64,000 bases of DNA from an uncultured Bacteroidales bacterium. Its GTDB lineage: Bacteria > Bacteroidota > Bacteroidia > Bacteroidales > VadinHA17. The stretch lies in assembly GCA_963701745.1 (NCBI GenBank), contig CAVPBE010000004.1:88586-152585 (forward strand), read 5' to 3'. The translations under genes were made by a program, and so were the position numbers. Shown here in pieces: positions 48,010 to 57,661 of the stretch (within the stretch, counting starts at the first letter, position 1; each line of letters begins with the position of its first letter). The notes beneath the pieces were generated by a model, which was not told where the DNA came from, did not search any database, and saw only the letters and a program-made list of their open reading frames with translations.

Positions 48010-49065
48010 ATGAATCCCGTTAAAATAAAAATAGAAATCGGAATAGTTTTTATTTTCATTTCGTTAAACGGGTGCAAAAAACCTGAAACAGAAAATATAC
48101 TATCAATCACCACCGATGATATAGAAATCTTCTCAAAAGGAATTTATACATTCAAAGGTACAATTGTCAGTCTAGGGAACGAAGAAATCAACGATCATGG
48201 ATTCTGTTGGTCTGAGTCAGTAAATCCTGAAACAGACGGAACTTTAATAAAGTTAGGAGCAAGAAGCTCAACAGGAAGTTTCAGTACAACCATGTACGAT
48301 GTTTTGCCAGGCACGACTTATTATGTCAAAGCCTATGCGAAAACCAGTTCTATTACTTATTATGGTGATGAGAAATCATTTACCACACCCGATACTTTAC
48401 CACTATTAATAATTGATGTTGACCACAATATCTACTATCCCGTAAAAATCGGTGATCAAACCTGGATGTCTGATAATCTGAAGGCAACCCGTTATTCTGA
48501 CGGATCAACGATTCCCCGTGTTGAGGAGCGACTGGCATGGTTTGACTTTTCATTATATACCCGGGCATACTGCTGGTATGAGAATTATGGCGCAATTGGA
48601 GCTACATATGGCGCTCTTTACACATGGCCGGCAGCAATGAACATTTATAGTGAGAGTGATATCAAACCTGGAAGAGTTCAGGGAGTATGTCCCGACGGCT
48701 GGCACCTTCCAAGCGATAGTGAATGGAAACAGCTTGAAATGTTCCTTGGGATGAGCCAGTCGGATGCTGATGGTGAGAACTGGCGTGGAGAGAAAGAAGG
48801 TGGTAAGTTAAAACATGAAGGAATACAATACTGGACAAGTCCAAACACCGGATCAACAAATGAAAATGGTTTCAGTACTCTGCCTGCAGGATGGCGTGAT
48901 GGTGCAGGCTATTTCAGGAATCTTGGGACTTCCGCAAGGTTCTGGTCCTCCTCGAAAAGAGCTGATTATGCCTGGATACGTCAGTTGGATTATAATTCAT
49001 CCCGGATATTTCGTGGTACCACCGGCCTCTATGAAGGCATATCTGTGCGATGCATCAAAGATTAA
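48010..49065 (+). CDS. FISUMP domain lipoprotein (one Ig/Fn3-like repeat)
   Basis: Lipobox ISLNGC. HGFCWSESVNPET...TTYYVKAYA, QTWMSDNLK, YGALYTW, CPDGWHLPSDSEW, GFSTLPAGWR and SVRCIK. Confidence 0.88.
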   Translation: MNPVKIKIEIGIVFIFISLNGCKKPETENILSITTDDIEIFSKGIYTFKGTIVSLGNEEINDHGFCWSESVNPETDGTLIKLGARSSTGSFSTTMYDVLPGTTYYVKAYAKTSSITYYGDEKSFTTPDTLPLLIIDVDHNIYYPVKIGDQTWMSDNLKATRYSDGSTIPRVEERLAWFDFSLYTRAYCWYENYGAIGATYGALYTWPAAMNIYSESDIKPGRVQGVCPDGWHLPSDSEWKQLEMFLGMSQSDADGENWRGEKEGGKLKHEGIQYWTSPNTGSTNENGFSTLPAGWRDGAGYFRNLGTSARFWSSSKRADYAWIRQLDYNSSRIFRGTTGLYEGISVRCIKD

Positions 49066-49081
49066 GAGCAATTGAAAATTA

Positions 49082-49444
49082 CTACCAGGGTGAATCAGTA
49101 TAATCGGGTGCTTTCCACACTAACACTCTGCAACATTTTTCTTTGTAATAATCTGTAGTGACATCGTTTGCCAGGATATACAGTGTATCGCCCTTTGCTG
49201 AGATTGCTCTTGGTGAAGAGGAACTACAGGAACAATGGTATTCAAAGTAATATTCATCCTGCCAGGTATAGCGTAACCAGGCTCCGTAGTATAAACATGA
49301 TGAGGGATGTTCACGCATAGCCTGTTCATCTTTTCTGATCTCTGCTTTTAACCATTCAGGAACTTCTTTATCGGGAATTAAAAAGTCTTTCTCACAGGAA
49401 AAAAAGAGAAGGGAAAAGAAAAATATAAATGTCATCTTTTTCAT
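49082..49444 (-). CDS. Small Cys-rich hypothetical lipoprotein
   Basis: MKKMTFIFFFSLLFFSC lipobox. Seven further Cys, including the HCSCSSSS and KEKCCRV motifs. Confidence 0.6.
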   Translation of the reverse strand: MKKMTFIFFFSLLFFSCEKDFLIPDKEVPEWLKAEIRKDEQAMREHPSSCLYYGAWLRYTWQDEYYFEYHCSCSSSSPRAISAKGDTLYILANDVTTDYYKEKCCRVLVWKAPDYTDSPW

Positions 49445-49454
49445 GATGCTATTG

Positions 49455-49880
49455 TTAACGCTTAGGTTCTATTAAAGTCAGATAATATACTTGCAGTTCG
49501 TTCCCGGTTCCTCTTTGAAATTTTAAATCATTTCCCGATTGAATCAACTTATAATCTCCATTCAGCAGGCAATCAAATTTGACACTTGTAAACATCCCGC
49601 ACTGGCAATCAGGAATTACGGGGAGAACCGTCGGCGAAAATGAAATTGTGTTGTGGTTTATCTTATAAATTCCTTTAGTAATACATGGAAATTTCTGAAT
49701 CAATGCTCCTCCTGAGGCAACCTCCGAATAGTTATTCCCGGTGAAAGAAATCGCAGAAAAAAATGGCTGTCCCTGGTAAACCAACGATCCCTGATAGTAT
49801 CCGTCAGTAGAAACAGTTTCCTGCTTTTCACAACCTGAAAAGGTTGTCGATAACAAAATAAAAATGAAAATTTCTCTCAT
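49455..49880 (-). CDS. Hypothetical lipoprotein
   Basis: MREIFIFILLSTTFSGC lipobox. It lies 10 nt upstream of the next lipoprotein gene on the same strand. Confidence 0.6.
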   Translation of the reverse strand: MREIFIFILLSTTFSGCEKQETVSTDGYYQGSLVYQGQPFFSAISFTGNNYSEVASGGALIQKFPCITKGIYKINHNTISFSPTVLPVIPDCQCGMFTSVKFDCLLNGDYKLIQSGNDLKFQRGTGNELQVYYLTLIEPKR

Positions 49881-49980
49881 AGTATAAGGTCCTGGGGCAC
49901 AGCAAAATCCGCAAAATTCATACCATTGTTATCTTTTAACGGATTGAAAGTGATTAGTAGTTTAGCCTTAGATCACATGA

Positions 49981-50075
49981 ACTCACCCCAAATCTACTCT
50001 ACTCAGCAAATAGGGGATAACCGTTTTGCTCCCCCTTCTTTTGCTTGCAAGAGAAGGGGGCAGGGGGGATGAGTA
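49981..50075. repeat. About 95-bp imperfect palindromic GC-rich element (REP/MITE-like)
   Basis: Outer arms ACTCACCCC / GGGGGGATGAGT. Inner stem CCCCCTTCT / AGAAGGGGG surrounds the palindrome CTTGCAAG. It shares the ACTCACCCC head with the units at 30574-30689. Confidence 0.75.
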
Positions 50076-50127
50076 CATTAAGCAGATTAAATTATTATTC
50101 ATTTCAGATCACCATTTTCTGTTAAAG

Positions 50128-52869
50128 TTATTTGATTGTTATAGAATAATTTTTTGCAAGTGTTTCTTCAATACTTATCAGAGCTTCCTGTAAAATAAGC
50201 TTATCCTGATCATAAACCTCTATACCATAGGTACATGGCGGCCAATTAGGATCAGTATAGACACCTCTGATTGTAAGACTATAAGTTCCGGGATTCAGTG
50301 TAATATCGAAGTTCCTCCTGCCTCCCGGTGGAGTAGTTCCCATACTACCTCTTCCCGAAATTGATACTTCAAAAATATCATCTATAATATTTCCTGCATC
50401 CCATATTACGATAAGAACATTGCCTCTCCGAACGTTACCATAGAGGAAGTCCTGCAAACCGTTCCCAATATTGTCGATGCCATCTCCGGCGAATTCCACA
50501 TTCACACCGCCATCCTGTGCAAACTCGGGATTTATATTGCCCTGCGCTATAAGATGCTGCCCGTTTGTTATTATTTGCTCAATATCTCCTCCTCTTGCTG
50601 CCAGAAGGTTTTTCATTTCACCCATCTTTTTATTCATATCATCCGACTGAACCTGAACCTCCGACATCACCTTGATAATATCAAACAGATTGATATCCTT
50701 GTTAGTTGCTGACTGGGATATCAAAGCATTTCCTGTGACTTCCAGTGAATCCTTGTTAATAATGTGTTCATTCAATTGACCGTCTGCTGATGCAATACAA
50801 AGAGCTATAATTTCATTTTCAAGGGGATTGCTGTTCTGATCATTAATCTCCTTATTAAATTTATAATAGTTTACAAGAAACTTGTTATATAACGATCTCG
50901 CAAGGTCGAGTAAGTTATTCAGGTTATTTTGTGCTGCCTTAACTTTTTGTTTGTCCCATTTTGTATTTTCGCTATCATTGCTCAAGTTATTAATAGCGTT
51001 GTCAATATCATCAGGAGATGGTTGTGATGCGCCGCATTCATATTTAACGTAGTACTCCACTGTTCTGCCATACCTTGATGCAGATGATGGTTTATTATAT
51101 GCGGACCATACGTAATGTGTCGGATTATCCCAGTTCCCATCTACTCCTCCGGTAGCTGTAATAAATTGATTCAACAATCTTCCCCAGTCATCAATTGAAG
51201 TAAACAGGGCGTTTTTCTTACTTTCGGCCAGACCACTGTTTTCCCACTTTCGTATTTCGTTTTCCATATACAACACAATTTTCTGCAAATACTCCCTTGT
51301 ACACACCTGTACTTTTGCGTCAAGCCAGGGTTTGTTGTTCCAGTCAATATCGGGATTGGGTTCCCTGTTCGGGTCGCCGGTAAGGGGCGGGGGTGTTGGG
51401 GCAGGCCCTACAGGACCAGTTGGTATTTTAACTGTATCTTGTTTATTCCCCGGATTCCCGATATAAATGGTACCCTTTACCAATACTCCGTTAGCATCTG
51501 TCAGTTCTAAAGTTATTGACTTTGCTTTACTCAGAACATCCTGATCCTTGAGCTGGTCAAACCTATTGCTTTCCAGTTTATGTAAAGCAGCTTCAACATC
51601 GTTGACCAACCACCTGCTTAAAAAAGGTGTTTTCCCATTATGAATAGGATTAATAGTGACTATTTTGGAGGCTTCTTCCCTCCAATTCACTGTAGTACCA
51701 TTTTCAACTTTAACACCCTGTACATTGAACTGAAAAGAGATGTCTGTTTGAACACCAACATAAATAGTACCTGAAGCTTTATTGCCATTGGCATCGGTAA
51801 CCTCACAAGTAACTGTTGCAGCATTTGTGAGGGCATTCTGATCTTCAAGTTTACTTATTTGTCTGGATGGAAGTTCGTTATAAAGTGTCGGAATTTCCTG
51901 TCCATTTACAATCCACCTGACTTTATATGGTCCCCGTCCTTTGATGGTCCAAGTGGCAGTAACAGAACGGGGCTTAAAGTTGTTCCATATATTGGTACTT
52001 CCGGAAGGCACTATCCTATCCTGCAATTGCATTTGGATTGCAAGTACCTGGGTTATATTAAAGTAACCTATTCCAGAGGTGATAAGATAAGGTTGGCCAT
52101 TTTCGTTAGGTTTATTGGAATATGCCTCCCATTGAATACCCACGTCATGGGCTCCTCCGGTAAATTGATTATCACCATATGGTTCAGTGGGCACGGTCCA
52201 TGCGTAATCGTATACGCCATCCGCATTAAAGGGTAATGTGATGGTATTTATATTTGGAGTAGGCGGAACCGGAATCTTAAGTATAACACCTGTGATATGC
52301 CGACGTATTCTCCATGGAATGGTAACCTGAATATTAGTTGTATTACCTGGTTGAAAGTATTGGGGCCTCATAGTGATCATACCATTGACCTGTCTGTAAC
52401 CATCAATCACTGGTTCCCCCTTATCAAGATATTCCCCTTCAGCTGCATAGGGAGGATCGGGAGCCAGAGATATCCTGCGCAATGTCACAGAGCCATTGCC
52501 CCACGCAGCAACGTATACCGTGTTTACCAATAACATTAAAGGCTTATTAAATGCATTCGGGTCAGGTATTTTTGGACAAATCATGATACTTCCAGTTATG
52601 GGCACACCATCATATAAAACATTGGTAGATGTTTCCCATGCTAAGCGGGAGGGGGGATTTGTGCTAATTCGCAGCCATGTAATCCCGGGTGCACTTACAA
52701 TTATAACTTTATCAAATAAGCCTAACCAACTCATTGTAGATACGCCTACGCTATCAACATCCAGGGTAATTACATCCCGAGAACTATTCTGACATTTAAC
52801 TAACGGGGCTGTCAGGTTCAAGCCCAAAATGACCAGGATTAATCTGAAAAAGTGTTTTTTAGCATTCAT
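50128..52869 (-). CDS. Large secreted hypothetical protein (913 aa), no recognised family
   Basis: Signal peptide (LILVILGLNLTAPLVKCQ). Internal duplicated module (...TCEVTDANGNKASGTIYVG and ...TLELTDANGVLVKGTIYIG). A Pro-rich linker (PTGPVGPAPTPPPLTGDP) is followed by a helical region and a C-terminal beta-rich domain. Confidence 0.8.
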   Translation of the reverse strand: MNAKKHFFRLILVILGLNLTAPLVKCQNSSRDVITLDVDSVGVSTMSWLGLFDKVIIVSAPGITWLRISTNPPSRLAWETSTNVLYDGVPITGSIMICPKIPDPNAFNKPLMLLVNTVYVAAWGNGSVTLRRISLAPDPPYAAEGEYLDKGEPVIDGYRQVNGMITMRPQYFQPGNTTNIQVTIPWRIRRHITGVILKIPVPPTPNINTITLPFNADGVYDYAWTVPTEPYGDNQFTGGAHDVGIQWEAYSNKPNENGQPYLITSGIGYFNITQVLAIQMQLQDRIVPSGSTNIWNNFKPRSVTATWTIKGRGPYKVRWIVNGQEIPTLYNELPSRQISKLEDQNALTNAATVTCEVTDANGNKASGTIYVGVQTDISFQFNVQGVKVENGTTVNWREEASKIVTINPIHNGKTPFLSRWLVNDVEAALHKLESNRFDQLKDQDVLSKAKSITLELTDANGVLVKGTIYIGNPGNKQDTVKIPTGPVGPAPTPPPLTGDPNREPNPDIDWNNKPWLDAKVQVCTREYLQKIVLYMENEIRKWENSGLAESKKNALFTSIDDWGRLLNQFITATGGVDGNWDNPTHYVWSAYNKPSSASRYGRTVEYYVKYECGASQPSPDDIDNAINNLSNDSENTKWDKQKVKAAQNNLNNLLDLARSLYNKFLVNYYKFNKEINDQNSNPLENEIIALCIASADGQLNEHIINKDSLEVTGNALISQSATNKDINLFDIIKVMSEVQVQSDDMNKKMGEMKNLLAARGGDIEQIITNGQHLIAQGNINPEFAQDGGVNVEFAGDGIDNIGNGLQDFLYGNVRRGNVLIVIWDAGNIIDDIFEVSISGRGSMGTTPPGGRRNFDITLNPGTYSLTIRGVYTDPNWPPCTYGIEVYDQDKLILQEALISIEETLAKNYSITIK

Positions 52870-52890
52870 AGCTTTCTCTAGGTTTAAAAA

Positions 52891-55095
52891 TTATAATGAA
52901 AACCTGTAAATCACTCCGCCGGAGACTCTCAGAGTCGATTTGCGGTCAACCGGATTTATGCTGGTTTCAAATGTGGCATCAGTCCGGATATCATATGTGC
53001 TGAAATTTATATGAACGTCCCAGTTCTTTCCTACAGGCTGACGGAAGTCGACATTTACCTGAAGCGAAGTAGGTTTTCTTAAAAGATCATCCCCATATGT
53101 AATGGTACCGGTATTGGGGTTATAGGAGGTTTTTTTACAAAGAATAAATGACCATTCATATGAACCTGCAAGAACCAGACTTGCTTTTGAAATCTTAATA
53201 TTACTGCTTAAAGATAATCCTGTTCTGGCAGAATTACCGTTCCTGTTGAAGGCTTCGTTATCAAAGTTGAAAAAAAGGTGACCCCCGAAAATTAATCCAA
53301 GTCTGATGTTATTAATTTTAAGAAATCCATCACCCAGGTTCCGGAGACTTGGACCAAACTCGGAGTAGAAATCCATGGAATGATCAGGATACGAGCTTGT
53401 ATCTGCTATCAGTTCCTTGAAGTTGTTCCAGAACTTTGTATAAATATTTGCATTGAAAAAGCTTCTTGGATTAATTGTAGATTTATCCATACGAACATCC
53501 AGATAATCATATAGTGAATTATTCTGCCTCTGAGTAATGAGATTAAGGTTGTAGCTCAATGAATAAACCGATGATTTATCATCTATCAGAGAACCTTTTC
53601 TTTTTTCAAGCCTGTAACCAAACCTGAAATAGTCCTGCCTGGCATTGTTTGGAAATTGCTTATATATAAAGCTTAGATTTTTCGACAACGCCTCTTTGCT
53701 TTTACTTTTTCTCCATTGAAACTCAGCCTTATATTTCTGGTAATCGCTGGAATTACTGGTAGCAGAAAATTTGAGAAGATCATAATCAATGGCAATGCCA
53801 AAAGATTTTAAAGCACTTTTTTTATGAGTATAATTCAACTGGGGATTTATCTGGCTGAATGTCAGAAAGTCTCTTTTGCCCGACTGGTTGTTTCCCAGCA
53901 CCTGGAACCTCAGATTATTATTCCCGTCAGGAATCAGATTTGCCCCGAAAATATATTGGATTCCCTTGTAATTATTATCAGATATCCCTTCAAATACTTT
54001 TGACTGATAATTTAAGTTCCCAAACATTTTGGTTTTGCGGGAAGGGGTATATACCAGATTCAGACCGCCGCGTAAAAGTCCGAATGAATTATTATCTGAA
54101 ACATCATCAGAATAGTTGCTGTAATTGAGATTACCGCCAACCAGCAATTTGTCAGCAAACTGATGCGATATACCAACTTCTGCATTATTGTTCAGAAAAG
54201 CCGTCTTTATTAATTCTTTTTGCTGATTCAGCATTATATCCAGACTGGTCTGGTTGTCGATCTTATAAATTCCGTTAAATGAAATATTCCTTGAATTTGT
54301 CGAATTGGAATTCATATTATCATAGATTGACCTTCCGAAATCCATACCTAAACTTCCTGTAAATTTCCCGCCTGCTGCAATTTTAACATTTTGGGGTTCA
54401 CCCGGAATGTTCAGCATCTTTTCATAAGGACTCAGAAATTGTTTGGCGTAGTTATAGTATTTTACGATTTTCTCTTTATATGACACGAAGAGAACATGGT
54501 CCTTTTCAATTGCTTTCTTATCGTCTCCTGACAGGGAATTGTATTCTTTTTCGGTTTTGTCAATAATAGTCATGGCAGAGGTATATAAATCATCCACAAT
54601 CTTTTTATATCGTGCCATCTGAGCCAACAGTGAGGAAGTTTCCTGATCGGATACTTTTCCAGCGGTGCCTTTTTCGGTTGTTTGCTGTTTTGTTAATACC
54701 TGTACATTTTCTTCCTGGATCCATCCTTCCCTGTTGTCCCTGGTTTTAATCCTGTACCACCTGTCACTCTCTGAAATTATTGGGAACTCTTCATCAATTC
54801 TTACCTCGGTTAAGGTAAGCGAATTAATGTTGTCTGTTTCTTTTACAGTGCTATTTGGTTTAATTATTCTTGCTACCTTATATGCCGGCAATGTTCCGTT
54901 TTTCTCAAATTCCTTTATCAGTGCCAGCAAAGGCAGTACATTCTGGTTCAATTCAGTAGTTAACTCCTTAAGCTGCGGAATTTTTTCAGATATGAAACTT
55001 ACTGAGCTGGTTTGTCCTATGCTTTCCATTGGCATGACAATGCCAACAGCACAGCAAAATAGTACTCCGCTTAAAAATTTGCTATACTTAATCAT
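52891..55095 (-). CDS. SH3b-domain protein fused to a large predicted outer-membrane beta-barrel
   Basis: Signal peptide. SH3b-like segment SDRWYRIKTRDNREGWIQEENV, then a coiled-coil segment. About 500 aa of alternating beta-strand pattern rich in N/Y/F/G ends in LRVSGGVIYRFSL. Confidence 0.8.
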   Translation of the reverse strand: MIKYSKFLSGVLFCCAVGIVMPMESIGQTSSVSFISEKIPQLKELTTELNQNVLPLLALIKEFEKNGTLPAYKVARIIKPNSTVKETDNINSLTLTEVRIDEEFPIISESDRWYRIKTRDNREGWIQEENVQVLTKQQTTEKGTAGKVSDQETSSLLAQMARYKKIVDDLYTSAMTIIDKTEKEYNSLSGDDKKAIEKDHVLFVSYKEKIVKYYNYAKQFLSPYEKMLNIPGEPQNVKIAAGGKFTGSLGMDFGRSIYDNMNSNSTNSRNISFNGIYKIDNQTSLDIMLNQQKELIKTAFLNNNAEVGISHQFADKLLVGGNLNYSNYSDDVSDNNSFGLLRGGLNLVYTPSRKTKMFGNLNYQSKVFEGISDNNYKGIQYIFGANLIPDGNNNLRFQVLGNNQSGKRDFLTFSQINPQLNYTHKKSALKSFGIAIDYDLLKFSATSNSSDYQKYKAEFQWRKSKSKEALSKNLSFIYKQFPNNARQDYFRFGYRLEKRKGSLIDDKSSVYSLSYNLNLITQRQNNSLYDYLDVRMDKSTINPRSFFNANIYTKFWNNFKELIADTSSYPDHSMDFYSEFGPSLRNLGDGFLKINNIRLGLIFGGHLFFNFDNEAFNRNGNSARTGLSLSSNIKISKASLVLAGSYEWSFILCKKTSYNPNTGTITYGDDLLRKPTSLQVNVDFRQPVGKNWDVHINFSTYDIRTDATFETSINPVDRKSTLRVSGGVIYRFSL

Positions 55096-55302
55096 ATAAC
55101 TTGTCGATATATCAGGTAATTGAGCACCGGAAGCTTTTCTTTATGCAATTTAGTTCAACTATAGTTTAAAGTCAAGTTTTTCTTGATTCCTGACTGACAT
55201 TTTTTAGTTGAACAAATCATTTACCAAAGACAGTTAAAGTTTAGCAAAGACCCGGATACCGAGAGATGTCCCGTCGGATAATTACCTTTGGAAGAGTCTA
55301 AA

Positions 55303-56166
55303 TCAGTAAGTCCAGTAAGATGGTCCGCTTTTGACAAAATAGACCGGGATATTTAAAAATCCTTTAAGCCATTCAGCACAGTATTCCATTCCCGGCTCTT
55401 CGGATGTGACATGTCCTAGAAAAATAACTGCTTTTTTCCGGCCCTGGCTGACTGCATCCCTTGCGTACTCATAGGTTTCCCACTGCGAAACCTCGCCGGC
55501 CATTAGTACATCAACATTATTGTCTTCAAGCATGCTGAAATGAACAGCACTGCCAGGAGCACCTGCTGAAAATGCAATTTTTGTAAGTTTCATATCCTCA
55601 TTTCCGATCACATTAAAAGCATTCCCCGGGAAAACCTTTTTAAGGGTGATCAGAAGCTCTTTCAAAGTGGTCTCCGGAATAACAAAATGTTCAACAGTTT
55701 TTGTGTCGGTGTACTTAAGCCACCCGAGTTTTTTTGCCATCCCGTAATCAATAGCATCGGGCTTAATCCGGTGGATATAGTCGTGAAAACGCCATACTAC
55801 AAGCTTGTTATCATCAATAAACTTCTTCTTTTCAAGAAAGACAGGATCGTTTTGAAACTGAGTGGTTTCATCCCGATGGTTGTAAAATAACGGCTCATGT
55901 GCTATTATAAGGTTGCAATTCAATTCCACAGCTTTTTTCAAGACGTCCATGGTTGCAAACATTGTCGTAACAATACCTTTAACAGGTGTCGTCGGATCCC
56001 CTGCCTTGAAGACATCCACAGTATTTGCCACCCGTTCGCTGCCAGTCTGCTTAATGATTGTCTCAATAACCACAGCTGCGGTCACAGGTTGATAGGTCTG
56101 TCCGAATATTGATACTGTGAAAAGAAGAAAAACAACGCAAATCGAAAGAACGTTTTTAGTTTTCAT
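55303..56166 (-). CDS. NIF3 (dinuclear metal centre, YbgI-like) family protein with a signal peptide
   Basis: LIIAHEPLFY, VVWRFHDYIH and IFLGHVTSEEPGMEY are NIF3 motifs. The ATG at 56166 (MKTKNVLSICVVFLLFTVSIFGQ) is preferred over the listed start at 56259. Confidence 0.8.
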   Translation of the reverse strand: MKTKNVLSICVVFLLFTVSIFGQTYQPVTAAVVIETIIKQTGSERVANTVDVFKAGDPTTPVKGIVTTMFATMDVLKKAVELNCNLIIAHEPLFYNHRDETTQFQNDPVFLEKKKFIDDNKLVVWRFHDYIHRIKPDAIDYGMAKKLGWLKYTDTKTVEHFVIPETTLKELLITLKKVFPGNAFNVIGNEDMKLTKIAFSAGAPGSAVHFSMLEDNNVDVLMAGEVSQWETYEYARDAVSQGRKKAVIFLGHVTSEEPGMEYCAEWLKGFLNIPVYFVKSGPSYWTY

Positions 56167-56375
56167 TATTTCTGGTTTTATTTTACATCCCTCTTCAAAG
56201 GGGAAAATTTGAACCCCGCACCTCGCACCATTTTGCTCCCGGGGAAAATAGTATTTCAAAATTTAATCAGTACTCCAATATCAGAAAAATTTTCAGTTTA
56301 TATTATGCTTATCTGGGAAAATCTGCGTGATCTGCGGGAAATAAATACTTACAAGTAGTTTCCCCCCGAGCCCCG

Positions 56376-57029
56376 CTATTGATTTAAATTACTTGGATCT
56401 TCCGGATTCAGCTCATATGTGAATCCCTTTTCTGATGCTTTCATTATAAGGACCCTGAAGATTATGAGATTAGCCAGAATGGCTTCAGCCTTATAGGATG
56501 AGATCCGGGCTATCTTCCTGAACTTCGATAATGTGACTGATCCGTTTCCTTTCAGATAATCCATAAGTGAATTTTCTGCCTTGCCGAATTTCACCAAAAC
56601 ACCTCTCCGCTTTTCCTCTTTTCTCCATACCTGGAGCAATACCCTGTTAGCAACAAGATTCTGATCGTTATTCCTGAAATATGAAAGCCATCTTCCATTT
56701 TCATTTTTAACCTGATATGGCTTTTTAGTTCCCTTAAGAACATCAACTTCAAGTATTGTTTTTCCAGCTGTTGTATGCTGTTTTATTGAATAGGTAATTT
56801 CCGGCCTGCAAAAAAGATGGGCAGCAGTATCGACCATATAAGCTTCTTCATCCGATTTTATCCCTGCAATACTGCCATTATCCCTCACCCCTATAAGAAT
56901 TTTCCCTCCGTCGCTGTTTGCAAAGGCCGACAGCGTCCTGGCTATCTTCCTGCTGTCAGAAACGCAGTATTTGAAGTCAAGATGCAGGTTTTCACCATCA
57001 GCAATTAATTGCTTCAGAAAATGTTCCAT
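56376..57029 (-). CDS. AlbA_2 (divergent AAA-4/Schlafen-like) domain putative DNA-binding protein
   Basis: GENLHLDFKY...IARTLSAFANSDGGKILIGVRDNGSIAGI is the AlbA_2 core. The C-terminal part looks wHTH-like. Confidence 0.7.
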   Translation of the reverse strand: MEHFLKQLIADGENLHLDFKYCVSDSRKIARTLSAFANSDGGKILIGVRDNGSIAGIKSDEEAYMVDTAAHLFCRPEITYSIKQHTTAGKTILEVDVLKGTKKPYQVKNENGRWLSYFRNNDQNLVANRVLLQVWRKEEKRRGVLVKFGKAENSLMDYLKGNGSVTLSKFRKIARISSYKAEAILANLIIFRVLIMKASEKGFTYELNPEDPSNLNQ

Positions 57030-57055
57030 TATTATGCCAGAAAAACAGCATTGAA

Positions 57056-57661
57056 TCAGCGGCTACCAGGATCCTTGAAAAATACCTCCAATTCAGCTCT
57101 GCCTTTACCGATATTAATTTTGAGGATTTTGACCTTTTCAACTTTCAGCCCAGTACGCGCAGTAAGATCTATTAGCAAGTCATTTCTGAGATCAGGATCA
57201 AGTAATTTGAGATTATTGTAACGTACAACAACCCGTGCCAATGAATTCTTCTTCAGGAATAATTCCAGAATGATAGCAAGTAAAATTATAATCGCGTTCA
57301 CAACCAGTCCGCCAAGGATGGGCGGAGGAATATTGGCCTGTGAATTAATAACTGATATTCCGATAATGGTAAATATATAAGTCATGTCCTTAGCTGTGTA
57401 GTTTACTGTCCGGAAGCGGAGAATTCCGAAAACTGCAAACAAACCTAGCGCCATTCCAAGCTGAATATTAACTGTCGTAAGCAGGGAAACAAGCAGGAAG
57501 ATTATAGTTCCCATTAGAAAAAAAGAGAACACGTACTCCTCTTTCTTTACGAACCTGTAGTAAATCAGCCGGATCAGGATAAAGAGAACGACCAGGTTGA
57601 ATGAAAACCTTATTAAAATACCTTGAAGTGTAATACTCTGTAAAAGTTCTTCTAACGACAT
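57056..57661 (-). CDS. DUF4956 domain membrane protein
   Basis: Four TM helices. LGMALGLFAVFGILRFRT is the conserved DUF4956 segment as I remember it. Confidence 0.65.
   Translation of the reverse strand: MSLEELLQSITLQGILIRFSFNLVVLFILIRLIYYRFVKKEEYVFSFFLMGTIIFLLVSLLTTVNIQLGMALGLFAVFGILRFRTVNYTAKDMTYIFTIIGISVINSQANIPPPILGGLVVNAIIILLAIILELFLKKNSLARVVVRYNNLKLLDPDLRNDLLIDLTARTGLKVEKVKILKINIGKGRAELEVFFKDPGSR

Noticed and set aside
56167-56259. N-terminal extensions of listed ORFs: 56167-56259 (NIF3), 26812-26928 (MFS), 27763-27897 (TonB), 6305-6337, 16255-16296, 23380-23415 and 58718-58741
   Set aside because: Internal ATG codons give canonical signal peptides or family-typical N-termini. The extensions start at TTG/GTG or read through spacer and repeat sequence.
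39974-57029. Possibility that the accessory-looking block downstream of tRNA-Arg is an integrated genomic island
   Set aside because: No integrase, transposase or direct repeat of the tRNA 3' end was found in the window. Accessory character is inferred only from gene content.
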